Positions 54,301-63,683 of a DNA stretch of 64,000 nucleotides are shown here, piece after piece; position 1 is the first letter of the stretch, and every line of letters starts with the position of its first letter. The position numbers and the translations under genes are program-made. The notes below the pieces were generated by a model. That model had not been told where the DNA came from, ran no database searches, and worked only from the letters and a program-made list of their open reading frames with translations. The DNA lies in the IMG/VR virus record IMGVR_UViG_3300031992_000093, positions 676-64,675 of that record, one strand, 5' to 3'. Origin of the DNA: a virus.

Positions 54301-57300
54301 GTAAGCTGTTCATTGAGGGCGGCAATGGTTTCCTCAGCGGCCTTTCCAGCCTCGATGTACTGGTCAAGGTATTTCTGGGCCTCTCCATGCAGGGAGTTCC
54401 AGAACTGGGGGGCTTCGTTCTTCAACTTCTCCAGCTCCTGCCAGGTGAGGTCAAATAGTCTGGAAACGTCGCCATTGGTATAGTCCATCTGACGGGTGAA
54501 CGGGTTAATGAACGCGGTACTACCCATCTTCTGTGCGAGTTCCGGGTCATACTGCCAGAGGAATCTCCAGCTTGCGTCATCATTGACATTGTAGCCGTTT
54601 GAGTGAGAGAACCACCCGGCACCGCTTCCAGCCCAGCCACGATATATCTCTGCGGCTGCTTTCTGAGTATCTTCAAGGACTTTCAGGGCTTTTTCGCTGA
54701 CATCGATAGCATCCTTACCGTAGGCTTTCTCCATCAGTTCGCGCTCATATTTCAGATTGCTTTCCCATGAGTCAAGTATGTGGCCCCACTTATCCATTGC
54801 AGCCTCGTAGGCTGACCAGTCGGCACCGCCGCCGAAGAGTCCGGCAAACAGTCCTCCAATACCTGTGAACACGCCACCGATGATATTGCCGACGCCCTTG
54901 ATGGCGGCTACAATTATCTCCGGGAGCTGTGACAGAATGGCCTCGAGGACATCAGCAATCTTTGTAAGGAGGTCATCGATGAACTTTGCAGGCTCAGTAC
55001 CAAGAATGTCGATAATCTGTAGGATGGCACCGACAAGACCGCCGATCTGCTTTCCTGCCTCTCCGAACAATGCACCGAAATCGGTAGCCACTTTGTCCGT
55101 GTCGCCGCTGATTTTCTTGATGATGTTACCGACGGCAAGGGCAAAGCCGGACAGAGAGCCAGACGTTATCTGTCCGAGGATGGTCTGGAAGTCACCCATT
55201 CCCTGGTTCATGCTGTCGGTCTTTTCTTTGAGGTCGCTCTGTGCATCTGCCACCTCTGCCTCGGCATTCTCCACGGTCTCGCTGATTTCCTCAAAGGACT
55301 CCTGCAGACGGGTAACGACCTCTTGCAGGCGCAAGTCAGCGGGGTTGGCAGCGGCTTCCGCCTCGGCTGCATTGAGCCGCTTGCGGATGTCCTCTGCCGT
55401 CTCGTTGGCATCGTTAAGCACCTGTATGGAGTTGCGGTAACGCTTAGCGGCCTCGCCGATCTCATCCCATGTCTGCTTGCTGAATGGATTGCTGGAGCTT
55501 GTGCCTCCGGCATCTATCAGCTGGTTACGAAGGTCGGAATATGCCTTTTTGTCCTGGGCGCTCAAAGCCTTGAACTCCGTGGACTTCATATATTCCTCTA
55601 CCTTCTTCAAGGTATTCTTGGCAATATCCTCGAGGACGTTGCCGACGCCGCTGAACGTCTGTTGCCAGTCGATGCTCTGAGCGATATTCTGGGCACTCAT
55701 TTGAGAGAGCCTTGACTTCTTCTCTGCTTCAAGCTGCTTCTTGCGCCATTCGTCCTGCTCCTTGGCAATCTTCTCGTTATACTCCTTCTCGATGGCGTAC
55801 TTCTGCTGTGCGATGCTTCCATACTCCTTCAAGTAGTCGAGCATGGCCTGAGCCTCCATCCTGCGACGTTCATCAAGGGCACGGCGATAGGTGGCGTTGC
55901 AAGCCTCCATAAGGGCCGCATAGTTGGCCTTCTCTTCTTCGGTATAGTCCGTATTGACGGTGCTTGCATCAAATACGCTATTCTTATTGGCGGGGTTGGC
56001 CTCCCACAGCTTTCTTGCCTCTTCGATTTTGGCCTGCTTCAAGTCCTGATAGCCGCGCTCGATCTCTTCCTTCTGTTTCTTGAAATTCAGTTCGAGTTGA
56101 CGGAGGGTCTTTTCAGTACCATCTTCCATAGCGTCGATGGTGGCCTGTTCGGTGGAAAACTCCAAATCAGTTGCTGCACGCTCACGCTCCACCTTGTTTT
56201 TCTCTATCAGGTCAAGGTATGCCTGGTGCTGTCTGGCAGTCTCTGCAGCCTTCTTGGCTGCATTGCTCCTGCTGCTGTCGCCTTTCAGCTTGTCATAGTC
56301 CTTTTTGGCTTGGTCGGCGGCATCCTTCAAGGCCTTATACTCCTTGTCGAAGGTGGCCTTATCCATTTCCTCCTTCTTATTCCAGAAAGCATCTACGGCG
56401 GCTTGTGCCTGCTTCCAGTTGTTGTAGGCATCCTTGCGCCATTGTGCGGCTGTGTGGGCCTCCGGCGCTGTCGCTTCATCCTTTACCCATGTGCCAGTAG
56501 GACCGTTGAACCTCATACCCTCGGTATTGATGCCCTGACCGTTCTTGGCATTCTGTAGGCTTGTCTCAACCTGCGAGAAATTCATGACGAAGTTAAGGGG
56601 AATGGTCGTAACTCCTGACCACGCCCACTGCTTCTTCATGTCGAGAATGTCATTGAGGCACTTCTGCTTCTCTTCGAGCTCAATCTGGAGCCTGATGTCT
56701 GCCGGACTCTCAGCAACCTTGGTTCTGAGCTCTTCCACGTCAGCCTCCAGTTCTGCTATGAGGGAATCGTATTTCTCCCTGGTGTCATCCGCAATCTGCT
56801 CATAGTTCAAAGGAATGTTGCTGTTGGCAATGGTACCAGCGGCAACATCGTGGGCGTTCTTCAACTCCCCGGCGAGGTCTGCGGCACGCTTGTAGAAGTC
56901 ATAGACGGCTTGTTTGGCCTGTACGTTCTCGTTGGCCTCTTTGATACGGATCTCCAGAGGCTTAGCGTCCTCGGCCATCTTCTTGCGGATGCGGTCAATC
57001 TCGGCCAGCTTCTTCAAATAGGTGTCAAGCTGTGCCTCGGCACCTGCCAGCTGCTGGAGGTTGAAGATGGCATTCTTGCCGCCTGTGTACCTCGCATCGT
57101 CGAGCATGTTCTGATTGATGCGCTCGATGGCTTCCTTCCACTTCTGCACCTCACTGCGGATATGGTCATAGTTGGCCTTGTCAGCCTGTTCGTTAAGCTC
57201 CTTGGTGGCTTCCGCGAGGTCGATGGTGGCAATGGTGGCCTTGTCGTACTTCTCCGTGAGGGTGGGAGCCATCTTGTTAAGCATTTCCCAGGCAACCGCT

Positions 57301-58835
57301 TTCTGGTACTCGGTGGCCGTCTCGTCCTGTATGGTCTGAATGTAGCCCTTGATTTTGTTCTGCTGCTCGTCGAGCTTGTCAGCGAAGGTCTGCATTTCCT
57401 CATTGGCCCTGCGGCGTGCAGCAGTCTCGACACCTTCTGCGGTGGCCAGCTTATAGACACCGAAGGCCACGGCAGCGAGTGCAACGGCTACGGCAGTATA
57501 TGGATTGGCAAGCATGGAGGCCGTCAGAGCCTTTGTAGCCGCCGTCAAGCGCATTTTAGCCACCGTCAATACATTCACACTGCCAAGCTCTGCTTTCGCC
57601 GCTGCAATGCTGATACCACGGGCAGCGGCCAGTTTCTTCGCCTCTGCAGTAAGCAAGGCCTCCTGCACGGCCATAGCCTGCTTGATGGCAATGGATGTCT
57701 TCTCGATAGCATGGGCGGTAATGAGGGCAGTCTTGTAAAGGCCGATGGCTACAACGGCATCCATCAGGACGGCACCCACCTTCTTGTAATTCTCCACCAG
57801 GTAGGAAACGCTACCCAGCACGTCATTGATAATGCCCTCGTTGCTCTTGCCAATCTCGTTGAACATCGTATCGATGGCATCCTCAATATTTGAGATCTGT
57901 CCTGCAATGGTGTGCGACTGGGCCTCCATCAGTCCGGCGAACTTGCCGCCCTCTGAGGACATCGACATAATGGCCTTGTTGAACTCTTCGGCACCAACCT
58001 TGCCAGCGGTCACCAGCTCACCCACCTTGTCTTTGGTCACTCCGAACTGCTTGGCCAGCTCTTCGGCAAGAGGAATACCACGACCCATGAACTGGCGCAA
58101 GTCCTGAGTGAACATGCGGCCCTGTGTCATAGTCGTGCCATAGAGCATCACAAGGTCGCCAAGGGGAATGGAGAGGCCAGCGGCAATGTCGCCGAGGTGA
58201 ATCAGCGTATCGTTCACATTCTCTGCGGCCACGCCGTATGCAAGCAGCTGCTTGGCACCGTCGGCCACGCCTTTAAGGTCAAAGGGAGTAATGGCGGCGG
58301 TACGGGTCAGTTCCTGCATCAGCTGCTGTGCGCGTTCGCCAGAACCAAGCATAGTAGTGAAAGCCACCTCCAGCTTCTGGAACTCACCACGGATGCTGGT
58401 AACCTTCTGAATGAAGTCCTTTCCAGCCTGTAAGGTGAGGAACCCGGCAGCGTACTTGGTCAGCTTATCCATACCCTCTGCCATGATGCCAGAGGACTTC
58501 TCGAATTCTTCCCCAAGGTCTTTTGTGGCATCGGTGGTTTTCTCGATGGCCTCAGTAGCCTTGTCGGCTCCGCGCTTCTCTTCCTCTCCAGCCTTCTTCC
58601 CGGCCAAGGCAGTCTGCTCATGTGCCTGGGTATTCTTGTTGACGGCAGCGGTCATCTTGTCGAATGCGCCAAGCAGCTTATTCATCTGGGCCGTGAACTC
58701 GTCGATGGTCATGCCCGTCTGCTTGACGTCCCTTGCCGTCTCATGTATAGTCTCTCTTATGTTGTTCGCACCACGCACGAAGTCGCTGTCATCCATCCCG
58801 GCTACGAACGAGAGTCTTCCTTCTTCATCTGCCAT
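51354..58835 (-). CDS. Tape measure protein
   Basis: 2493 aa, helical. N-terminal tape-measure motifs (AAITPFDL..VADGAKQLLAYG, GRGIPLAEELA) and C-terminal ~100-aa repeats (F.DLR..F.S.LMDME.DA). Confidence 0.95.
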   Translation of the reverse strand: MADEEGRLSFVAGMDDSDFVRGANNIRETIHETARDVKQTGMTIDEFTAQMNKLLGAFDKMTAAVNKNTQAHEQTALAGKKAGEEEKRGADKATEAIEKTTDATKDLGEEFEKSSGIMAEGMDKLTKYAAGFLTLQAGKDFIQKVTSIRGEFQKLEVAFTTMLGSGERAQQLMQELTRTAAITPFDLKGVADGAKQLLAYGVAAENVNDTLIHLGDIAAGLSIPLGDLVMLYGTTMTQGRMFTQDLRQFMGRGIPLAEELAKQFGVTKDKVGELVTAGKVGAEEFNKAIMSMSSEGGKFAGLMEAQSHTIAGQISNIEDAIDTMFNEIGKSNEGIINDVLGSVSYLVENYKKVGAVLMDAVVAIGLYKTALITAHAIEKTSIAIKQAMAVQEALLTAEAKKLAAARGISIAAAKAELGSVNVLTVAKMRLTAATKALTASMLANPYTAVAVALAAVAFGVYKLATAEGVETAARRRANEEMQTFADKLDEQQNKIKGYIQTIQDETATEYQKAVAWEMLNKMAPTLTEKYDKATIATIDLAEATKELNEQADKANYDHIRSEVQKWKEAIERINQNMLDDARYTGGKNAIFNLQQLAGAEAQLDTYLKKLAEIDRIRKKMAEDAKPLEIRIKEANENVQAKQAVYDFYKRAADLAGELKNAHDVAAGTIANSNIPLNYEQIADDTREKYDSLIAELEADVEELRTKVAESPADIRLQIELEEKQKCLNDILDMKKQWAWSGVTTIPLNFVMNFSQVETSLQNAKNGQGINTEGMRFNGPTGTWVKDEATAPEAHTAAQWRKDAYNNWKQAQAAVDAFWNKKEEMDKATFDKEYKALKDAADQAKKDYDKLKGDSSRSNAAKKAAETARQHQAYLDLIEKNKVERERAATDLEFSTEQATIDAMEDGTEKTLRQLELNFKKQKEEIERGYQDLKQAKIEEARKLWEANPANKNSVFDASTVNTDYTEEEKANYAALMEACNATYRRALDERRRMEAQAMLDYLKEYGSIAQQKYAIEKEYNEKIAKEQDEWRKKQLEAEKKSRLSQMSAQNIAQSIDWQQTFSGVGNVLEDIAKNTLKKVEEYMKSTEFKALSAQDKKAYSDLRNQLIDAGGTSSSNPFSKQTWDEIGEAAKRYRNSIQVLNDANETAEDIRKRLNAAEAEAAANPADLRLQEVVTRLQESFEEISETVENAEAEVADAQSDLKEKTDSMNQGMGDFQTILGQITSGSLSGFALAVGNIIKKISGDTDKVATDFGALFGEAGKQIGGLVGAILQIIDILGTEPAKFIDDLLTKIADVLEAILSQLPEIIVAAIKGVGNIIGGVFTGIGGLFAGLFGGGADWSAYEAAMDKWGHILDSWESNLKYERELMEKAYGKDAIDVSEKALKVLEDTQKAAAEIYRGWAGSGAGWFSHSNGYNVNDDASWRFLWQYDPELAQKMGSTAFINPFTRQMDYTNGDVSRLFDLTWQELEKLKNEAPQFWNSLHGEAQKYLDQYIEAGKAAEETIAALNEQLTTTTKEDVFDDFLNSLYELADGSEDVFDNIAENWQKMVNRMVINNLIAKDFQQKLESWYADLAKLQSDYNSGKIDERTYKSRLEALKSTYLGYMTDAEKQVDQFTEWGIIKPIEEAVEEVTKEYFSGLRDSWLDTLTDMEADGESWKREIQRVMFEDLVNEFILGDDFNTWLENWKNAYKEALEAGDEQRLTQLLEEQVRKREELAGKAQQLADGIGYEKLAEEAENAFSDIRSSLLDTLMDMDADAESWGEKIRETLLREMVEKTIVESMGLGELMETYGAKLLSYITDESLTDAQRQQNIDDVLSEMEEAFGKASELVQKMRDALGIGKKEEAPESPFKDLRDQFLSTLMDMEGDAEDFRKNLNKILTQSLIEKFILNDDFDKYLEDWNQRYMDILNDGNKTQEEIEAALDAMIEELVAKRELTLDQAEKLRDRLVEVEEEMPDTTFSDMTDSWISALMDLESTGEQLAEEIGRTMARKIIEQMVAANMIQPLLDNLQNAFNEAMGAEGATWQSVLPQMAPYIEELKAAFGDLQPIVEQILNALGIFREEVEEEAKEGFGDLRGTFVSALMDMEKDAEQFGRDIARAMTEQMISALIEQQFSDQLAAINEAWFNALEAGDTAAMEKIRQQLIELYSVIGDAVKPLLDTLAEIEYVPEEVEEEIDETITSMRDDFLSALMDMKSGTQDFVNDIRKLLTQKLVEKFVLNSAFDSWLQGMQSQYDAIFNGSMNEEQAAAAMNRLAAEWEAKAKEMQEQTQAIFDLTGWTAIVEQMNSPLADLRSSFVSALMDMESDAQDFADDIAKILTEAFIDRFVLGEEFDKRLAEWQEQYAAIMKGNYSEEERALLLKNLQAAITAAKEGYAEEAQAIHDLMGTGNAKDQTATMNMADKATYDQFETYLGIAVAQQMAMLQGNEVRLQILATLQAMTGITSPNGDTVKEIRTMLNTTNEYLLDIKRSNRSILNLFGEKLDTIITRLQGLI

Positions 58836-58849
58836 AATAAAATCCGTTG

Positions 58850-59584
58850 TTATTCGTTAAACTTCACACCCCGCAATGCCAGGCCTTTCAGCTTGTCGAA
58901 CGATGCAGGGTCGTTAGCATCAAGCATAGTGCCCCCGGCCTCTGTAGATACGTTCTGCAGTTCCTCGTCTGTGAGGTACACAGATGTTATCTTGTCGGCA
59001 ATCATGAGGCGAAGGAAAGTAAACCCTTTCTCATAGATGATTTCATCGTCTGAATAGCCAAGTTCTTTCAGTTGGCCGATGAATGAGCCGAAGATGGTAA
59101 GTCCACCGAATGAGATATTGTTCTTTCCGTTCTTACGCTTGATTTCCATTACCTCTGCAAGCCGCTTCTGCTCCTTGTCAAGTCCGAGCTCATGGATCAT
59201 GCGGTCGGTCTTGTCTGAGGTAAGGACATAAATAAGCAGCGTTGCAACGTCCTCGATGCTCATTTTGCTGAAAACGTTGCGACGCTCTGTGATGGCCTTG
59301 CTGTTATGCAAGTCTTTCTTGGTGTTTGGTGTTGCATGGATGGCGAGAATGTGGCAGCATACTTTCCCGTTGGTCTCTGCAAGGCGCAGGGCTTCCATAT
59401 AGGGATTCTTTTTGAGTATGGCGTCATTCATAGAAAGACCGTCCATAATCCGTTTCAGCAGGAATTGCTTTGCCAGCGTTACGGGGTATAGACGGAACAG
59501 CTTGCGGCCAACCTTGATTTCATGCGGCTTCTGTGTGATGATGTCTGCAAGCTCATATTCAATATCTTTCTTCTTGTCATCCAT
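58850..59584 (-). CDS. Tail assembly chaperone
   Basis: Lies between the major tail and tape measure genes. Motifs LYPVTLAK and SFGGLTIFG. Confidence 0.75.
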   Translation of the reverse strand: MDDKKKDIEYELADIITQKPHEIKVGRKLFRLYPVTLAKQFLLKRIMDGLSMNDAILKKNPYMEALRLAETNGKVCCHILAIHATPNTKKDLHNSKAITERRNVFSKMSIEDVATLLIYVLTSDKTDRMIHELGLDKEQKRLAEVMEIKRKNGKNNISFGGLTIFGSFIGQLKELGYSDDEIIYEKGFTFLRLMIADKITSVYLTDEELQNVSTEAGGTMLDANDPASFDKLKGLALRGVKFNE

Positions 59585-59586
59585 AG

Positions 59587-59651
59587 TGGACGTGACAGGG
59601 CTCGAACCCATTCAAGTGCTGTATGAGGCACTTGACTACCAAAGCACGCCC
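59587..59651 (-). ncRNA. tRNA-like element lacking a D-stem
   Basis: GGGCGTG/CACGTCC-A acceptor stem, ATGGG-TTCGAGC-CCTGT T-arm, and TCAAGTGC/GCACTTGA stem with loop CTCATACA. Confidence 0.6.
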
Positions 59652-59654
59652 GTG

Positions 59655-59681
59655 TGCCGTCTCTATGAACCCGAGACGGCA
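59655..59681. other. 9-bp perfect hairpin after the major tail gene
   Basis: TGCCGTCTC...GAGACGGCA. No U-tract on the - strand. Confidence 0.55.
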
Positions 59682-59686
59682 GGGGG

Positions 59687-60283
59687 TTAGCTGAGCTGGT
59701 AGTACGTTGTACCGTTCACGACCTCAGTGTCCCAAGAGTGGACATAGGTGTTACCGTTCTTGATGAACCAGCCAAGAGCCTTCGGGTTCTTGGTGGAATA
59801 GCCATCGATGCTGGTAGAGACAGCCGTGTAGGTATCAGCGGCGGTGTGCTTCTTGATGTCAACATCGTCGAGGTCACCGTTGGAGTCCGTGCTTCCCTTG
59901 GTCTTATAGTAGTAGTGACCTACCAGACCGTTCTGGGAATCCTGCTTCAAGGTCTTCTTGCAGGAGCAGTCTTTCAGCTCTGCATAGACAGCGCCCACGT
60001 TCTTCGGGATGATGGCGATATCGCCAGCGTCCTCGACGTAGCCGGGGGTGAAGTCGTCGCCGTCCTCGAGGCGACGGTCGAACTCGATGATATACTTGTC
60101 AGGGCGTACCTTGCGGCCTTCGGCACGGCCACCCTCAACGAGTGCTTCGTCCTCCTGGCCCTCATCGACGCTCAGACTTGCGGTACCGTCCACGATGTCG
60201 TCGTGGGTCTCGGCATTACCGCCAGCGGAGGGAGTGAACTTGGAAGTACACTCGCCCCAACCTAAAATCTTTCTTACTGCCAT
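59687..60283 (-). CDS. Major tail (tube) protein
   Basis: Position, the ILGWGEC...LSVDEG...EGG pattern, and a short appended C-terminal domain. Confidence 0.75.
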   Translation of the reverse strand: MAVRKILGWGECTSKFTPSAGGNAETHDDIVDGTASLSVDEGQEDEALVEGGRAEGRKVRPDKYIIEFDRRLEDGDDFTPGYVEDAGDIAIIPKNVGAVYAELKDCSCKKTLKQDSQNGLVGHYYYKTKGSTDSNGDLDDVDIKKHTAADTYTAVSTSIDGYSTKNPKALGWFIKNGNTYVHSWDTEVVNGTTYYQLS

Positions 60284-60305
60284 AATTCTTTTTCAGTTAA
60301 AGTTA

Positions 60306-60731
60306 TTATTCAGCGCATCTTTTGAATGTAATTCGCGTATGAATGTAGCTCTCGCCAGTCTGGGGGTCTTCGTAGTCCCTTATCGTCGGCCTGTCTTTCT
60401 TTGGAAGCTCATACTCCGGCGAAGCGGGACGGGTATCAAGCCAGTCGCGGATGATCTGAGACAGCGCATCGATGCGGGCAATGTCCTTAACAGGCTCGGT
60501 GTCCTTGCCGAATGGTTTCTTAGGCACGAACACGTTAACGACTACCACACCGTCTTGAATCTGCCCGTCGAGCCCGGCCACGAATGCGACCACAGCATCC
60601 TCGGCCTTGGAATTCCGCGGCCTGGTGCCGTCGCGGTACACTTGGCCTCCGATGGCTGTTGCTATTGGGCTGTCCTTGACGAGACGGTAGAAGTCCTTCT
60701 CAATCTGTGTCGCTGTCTTGATGTCGCTCAT
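60306..60731 (-). CDS. Tail terminator / completion protein
   Basis: GQVYRDGTRPRNSKAEDAVV...GVVVVNVFVP. Neck position. Confidence 0.7.
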   Translation of the reverse strand: MSDIKTATQIEKDFYRLVKDSPIATAIGGQVYRDGTRPRNSKAEDAVVAFVAGLDGQIQDGVVVVNVFVPKKPFGKDTEPVKDIARIDALSQIIRDWLDTRPASPEYELPKKDRPTIRDYEDPQTGESYIHTRITFKRCAE

Positions 60732-61180
60732 ATTCGCTTGATAGTGAATCCTAATTGTTCAAGCATCTGCGGTACCAGACGGTCGGCCAGGAGCTTTGCC
60801 GATGTCAGCACGTTCTTGCCGCGTCCTTCGACATATACGGCGTAGTTCATGCCAGCAACGACAATAAGGCAGATACCTGTCTTATGCTCTGACGCGAGAC
60901 GGGAGAGGAAGGCTGTTGCCTCGCCTTTTCCTGCCACACCATCCTTGACCTGCTCAGACACCTTCGAGCGGACAATCTGCCCGTCAACAACCACGGCGTA
61001 GCCGATGGAAGAGCGAAGGTTTCCCGTCTGGTCAATGTAGGAGCCGTTATCCCTTGCCTCAGTGACGCAGGATTCTCCGACATAGGCAAAGGTGTTTATG
61101 ATGACCTGCCTCGCTTTTTCGAGGCTTGCGTCAATATAAGCATCCAGTTCCGAATCAGGAGTTGACAACCTAATTGGCAT
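60728..61180 (-). CDS. Neck / tail completion protein (HK97 gp10-like)
   Basis: YIDQTGNLRSSIGY and VAGMNYAVYVE. Confidence 0.8.
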   Translation of the reverse strand: MPIRLSTPDSELDAYIDASLEKARQVIINTFAYVGESCVTEARDNGSYIDQTGNLRSSIGYAVVVDGQIVRSKVSEQVKDGVAGKGEATAFLSRLASEHKTGICLIVVAGMNYAVYVEGRGKNVLTSAKLLADRLVPQMLEQLGFTIKRI

Positions 61181-61506
61181 CAGACAATGATTTTGATACG
61201 GTCAAGGCACACTTCCTGAATATCCTGCACTTTGAACTCGCCAAGGTCTCTGTTTCCCCTTACAAGGCGTACGGTGTCGGTGTCTAACCCGCCGGGAATG
61301 CGCTCAATCAGCACTTCGTATGCCTCATGGGTGAATGTCCCGCTTACGCTTACACCTTTATTATCGTGCGTATTGGTCTTGATGAAACAGCGGACAGGAT
61401 AGCTCCAGACGGAATCGGCGACGATGGGCTGGCCATCCTCGTCGAACTGCCCGGCAGCGGCTCCAGTTCTGTATGTAAGTGTCCCGTTGGTTCGCATAGC
61501 TTTCAA
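61180..61506 (-). CDS. Head closure (stopper) protein
   Basis: Size and position. FDEDGQPI...WSYPVRC. Confidence 0.65.
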   Translation of the reverse strand: MKAMRTNGTLTYRTGAAAGQFDEDGQPIVADSVWSYPVRCFIKTNTHDNKGVSVSGTFTHEAYEVLIERIPGGLDTDTVRLVRGNRDLGEFKVQDIQEVCLDRIKIIV

Positions 61507-61841
61507 TAAGTCAAAGACCCGTCCTGAATGACGGTCATACTTTCAGAGAGATACTCGGAAGCATCCAGGCCGAACCGCTGGCACCAGAAGAGAATGTTCT
61601 TTTCCACCGCCTCGCGGTTTATGCTCACGTTGATGCCACCCTCGCTGCGGTTAGACTCAACCCATCCCTTGACGACAACGATAGCTGCCTTGACGATTTC
61701 CACGTTATTAGGCACGGCATTGCCGCTTTGGCTGATACCCGCATCCTCCAGCACGTCAATGAGCACGTCATCGTCGGCATAGCAGGTGTCGCATATAAGT
61801 TTGCACTTCGCCCTGAGTGCTTCCAAGTTAGTTCTTTCCAT
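61503..61841 (-). CDS. Head-tail adaptor protein
   Basis: Follows the capsid gene. SEGGINVS motif. Confidence 0.7.
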   Translation of the reverse strand: MERTNLEALRAKCKLICDTCYADDDVLIDVLEDAGISQSGNAVPNNVEIVKAAIVVVKGWVESNRSEGGINVSINREAVEKNILFWCQRFGLDASEYLSESMTVIQDGSLTY

Positions 61842-62941
61842 TACAGCTGGGTTTTGAGGGTATAGATATCCTGACCTTCCGTAATGATAGGCAAAGAGAG
61901 GGATTCTGCCTTGGTGAACTCACCGTGGTTGTCGCCCTTGGTCTCGCCAACGTTCCACTGGCTGATGCGGATGCGGCCATAGTTGCTGTAGGCAACGTCG
62001 CTTTCCTGTTTCAGCTCATTGTCGCTGTAGGCGTTCTTGACCGTGCCAAGCTTACCTTCGGGAATACCTACCAAGTTCTTCTCGTTCCAAGGATTGTAAC
62101 CGAGGAACTGACGGCCCTTCTGCACACGCAGACGGCGGCGCACCTTCTCGAAGACGGGATAATCGTTGCTCAGCATGTACTCGTTGATGTCCTTCAAGGT
62201 GACAATCTTCGAGGACTTGTCTGTGCCCCAAATCATCTGCTTCATCTTCTTGGTGCGGCACATGTAGCTGATACGGCTGGGCGCACACAGAATCTTAGAG
62301 AGGCTGGTCTTATCCTCGGCGGCGTCGATCAGCTCGAACACGTCTTCCATCGGGTCAACGGTGTCGATGTTCTCTTCCGTCCACTGCGTCTTGGCGGTGG
62401 CGAGGTTAGCCTGCGGGAAGTTCATGCTGATGCCTCCACGGATGGGGCCTTCGGGGTTGTTGTTCTCGTCGAAGGTAAACACGCCGTGGTTAGACAGCAG
62501 ACCAAGGAAAATCATGTCAAGCTTGCCCTCTACGGAGTTGACCACCGTCTGGACGTTGCCCCACATGATGTTGACCAGCTGCTGAGTCTTCTGCTTGTCG
62601 CTGATGCTCTTTGAGTCGAGAATCTGGAGAATCTTACGATAGTCCTTCATCGAGAGTGGAAGAGTCAGGGCGTGGTTCATCACGCTCTTCTTGATCGTCT
62701 CGATGCCTTCCGTCTGCAAGATAGGCTCCTTAGAGTCGATGCCGATGGTAGGAGCAACAACGGTGATGTTGTACTTACCTACCAGTTCCTCAAAGTCAAG
62801 CCCAATAGTCGGGTTATCCCAGTCGAGCCAGCGAGTGTACAGCACCTGGTCAAACAGACGCTTCTGAAGCTCAGAAGCCTTGTCGATGCGAATCTGCACA
62901 TTTTTAGTGAGTTCGCCAAAAAGTGAACTGAGTTCTGCCAT
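61841..62941 (-). CDS. Major capsid protein (lambda E / HK97 fold)
   Basis: 366 aa, downstream of the scaffold and decoration genes. C-terminal EFTKAESLSLPII. Confidence 0.85.
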   Translation of the reverse strand: MAELSSLFGELTKNVQIRIDKASELQKRLFDQVLYTRWLDWDNPTIGLDFEELVGKYNITVVAPTIGIDSKEPILQTEGIETIKKSVMNHALTLPLSMKDYRKILQILDSKSISDKQKTQQLVNIMWGNVQTVVNSVEGKLDMIFLGLLSNHGVFTFDENNNPEGPIRGGISMNFPQANLATAKTQWTEENIDTVDPMEDVFELIDAAEDKTSLSKILCAPSRISYMCRTKKMKQMIWGTDKSSKIVTLKDINEYMLSNDYPVFEKVRRRLRVQKGRQFLGYNPWNEKNLVGIPEGKLGTVKNAYSDNELKQESDVAYSNYGRIRISQWNVGETKGDNHGEFTKAESLSLPIITEGQDIYTLKTQL

Positions 62942-62943
62942 AG

Positions 62944-63678
62944 TTACTGCTCAATGACTTTGATGTTTGGATTTGATTTCAGCGCATAGCCATTCTCAAT
63001 CAGCCACTCAGCAGGGAAGGCCGGGAGAATGTCTTTCAAGAGTACTGCGTCATACGCAGGAGAGAGAGCGGGGTAACGCTCCTTTACGAACTCTTCATCC
63101 TCGGCGAGAGTCGAGTTAGGCACATACTTCGGAGCGGCCTTCTGCAGCACAACGTAATCGTCGGCAGCGAGGGTCTTTTCACCGAGATACGGAGTGACAG
63201 AAGCGAGAGCAATCTGTCCCTCACTGGGCTCAGAAGCGACAATCTTCAAGGCACCCTCTGTGGTGCTCTCAGCGTCGATGTAGCCGTAGTCGATGGCCTC
63301 CTGGATGAAGTGACCCTCTGCCAGCGTAGAGATAGCGGCATTGAGAGTCAGAACGTCATAGTCAGGGTTGCTGGTGTCGATGGACTTGATGGTTGTCGTC
63401 TTGGCATCGTTGGAGAGATCCATCACCGTGTCGCCAACCTGGAAGTAACCATCCTTCGCAACTCTCGGCTTGGTGGTGGTACCGCCAGTGAGAACCTTGG
63501 CCACCTTGATGACGGCACAGGTCAGATTTGGCAGAACCTGAATCCAAGCGCCCCGGTAGATTTTGGTACCTACGGGGAATTCCTGCACGGGCTTGAAACC
63601 TGCTGGCAGGATGCGTCGCTCCTGGCGCCAGAAGGGATTCGGATGCTTCGTGTAGGAAGTTGAAGCGAATTCAATCAT
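62944..63678 (-). CDS. Head decoration / fibre protein
   Basis: Between scaffold and capsid. LPAGFK..., VIKVAKV...RVAKDGYFQVGD. Confidence 0.7.
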   Translation of the reverse strand: MIEFASTSYTKHPNPFWRQERRILPAGFKPVQEFPVGTKIYRGAWIQVLPNLTCAVIKVAKVLTGGTTTKPRVAKDGYFQVGDTVMDLSNDAKTTTIKSIDTSNPDYDVLTLNAAISTLAEGHFIQEAIDYGYIDAESTTEGALKIVASEPSEGQIALASVTPYLGEKTLAADDYVVLQKAAPKYVPNSTLAEDEEFVKERYPALSPAYDAVLLKDILPAFPAEWLIENGYALKSNPNIKVIEQ

Positions 63679-63683
63679 CGTTC

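Noticed and set aside
58850-59584. Programmed -1 frameshift in the tail chaperone (lambda G/GT type)
   Set aside because: A single ORF fills the space up to the tape measure gene, and I could not identify a convincing slippery site with a useful second frame.
59587-59651. Canonical functional tRNA-Met/Ile
   Set aside because: There is no D-stem, the anticodon loop is 8 nt on an 8-bp stem, and no CCA is encoded. Reported as tRNA-like only.
3321-63663. Numerous + strand ORFs opposite the - strand genes (e.g. 25742-26545, 56850-57893, 60048-60845)
   Set aside because: Antisense shadows caused by codon bias. They overlap well-supported genes and show no recognisable motifs.
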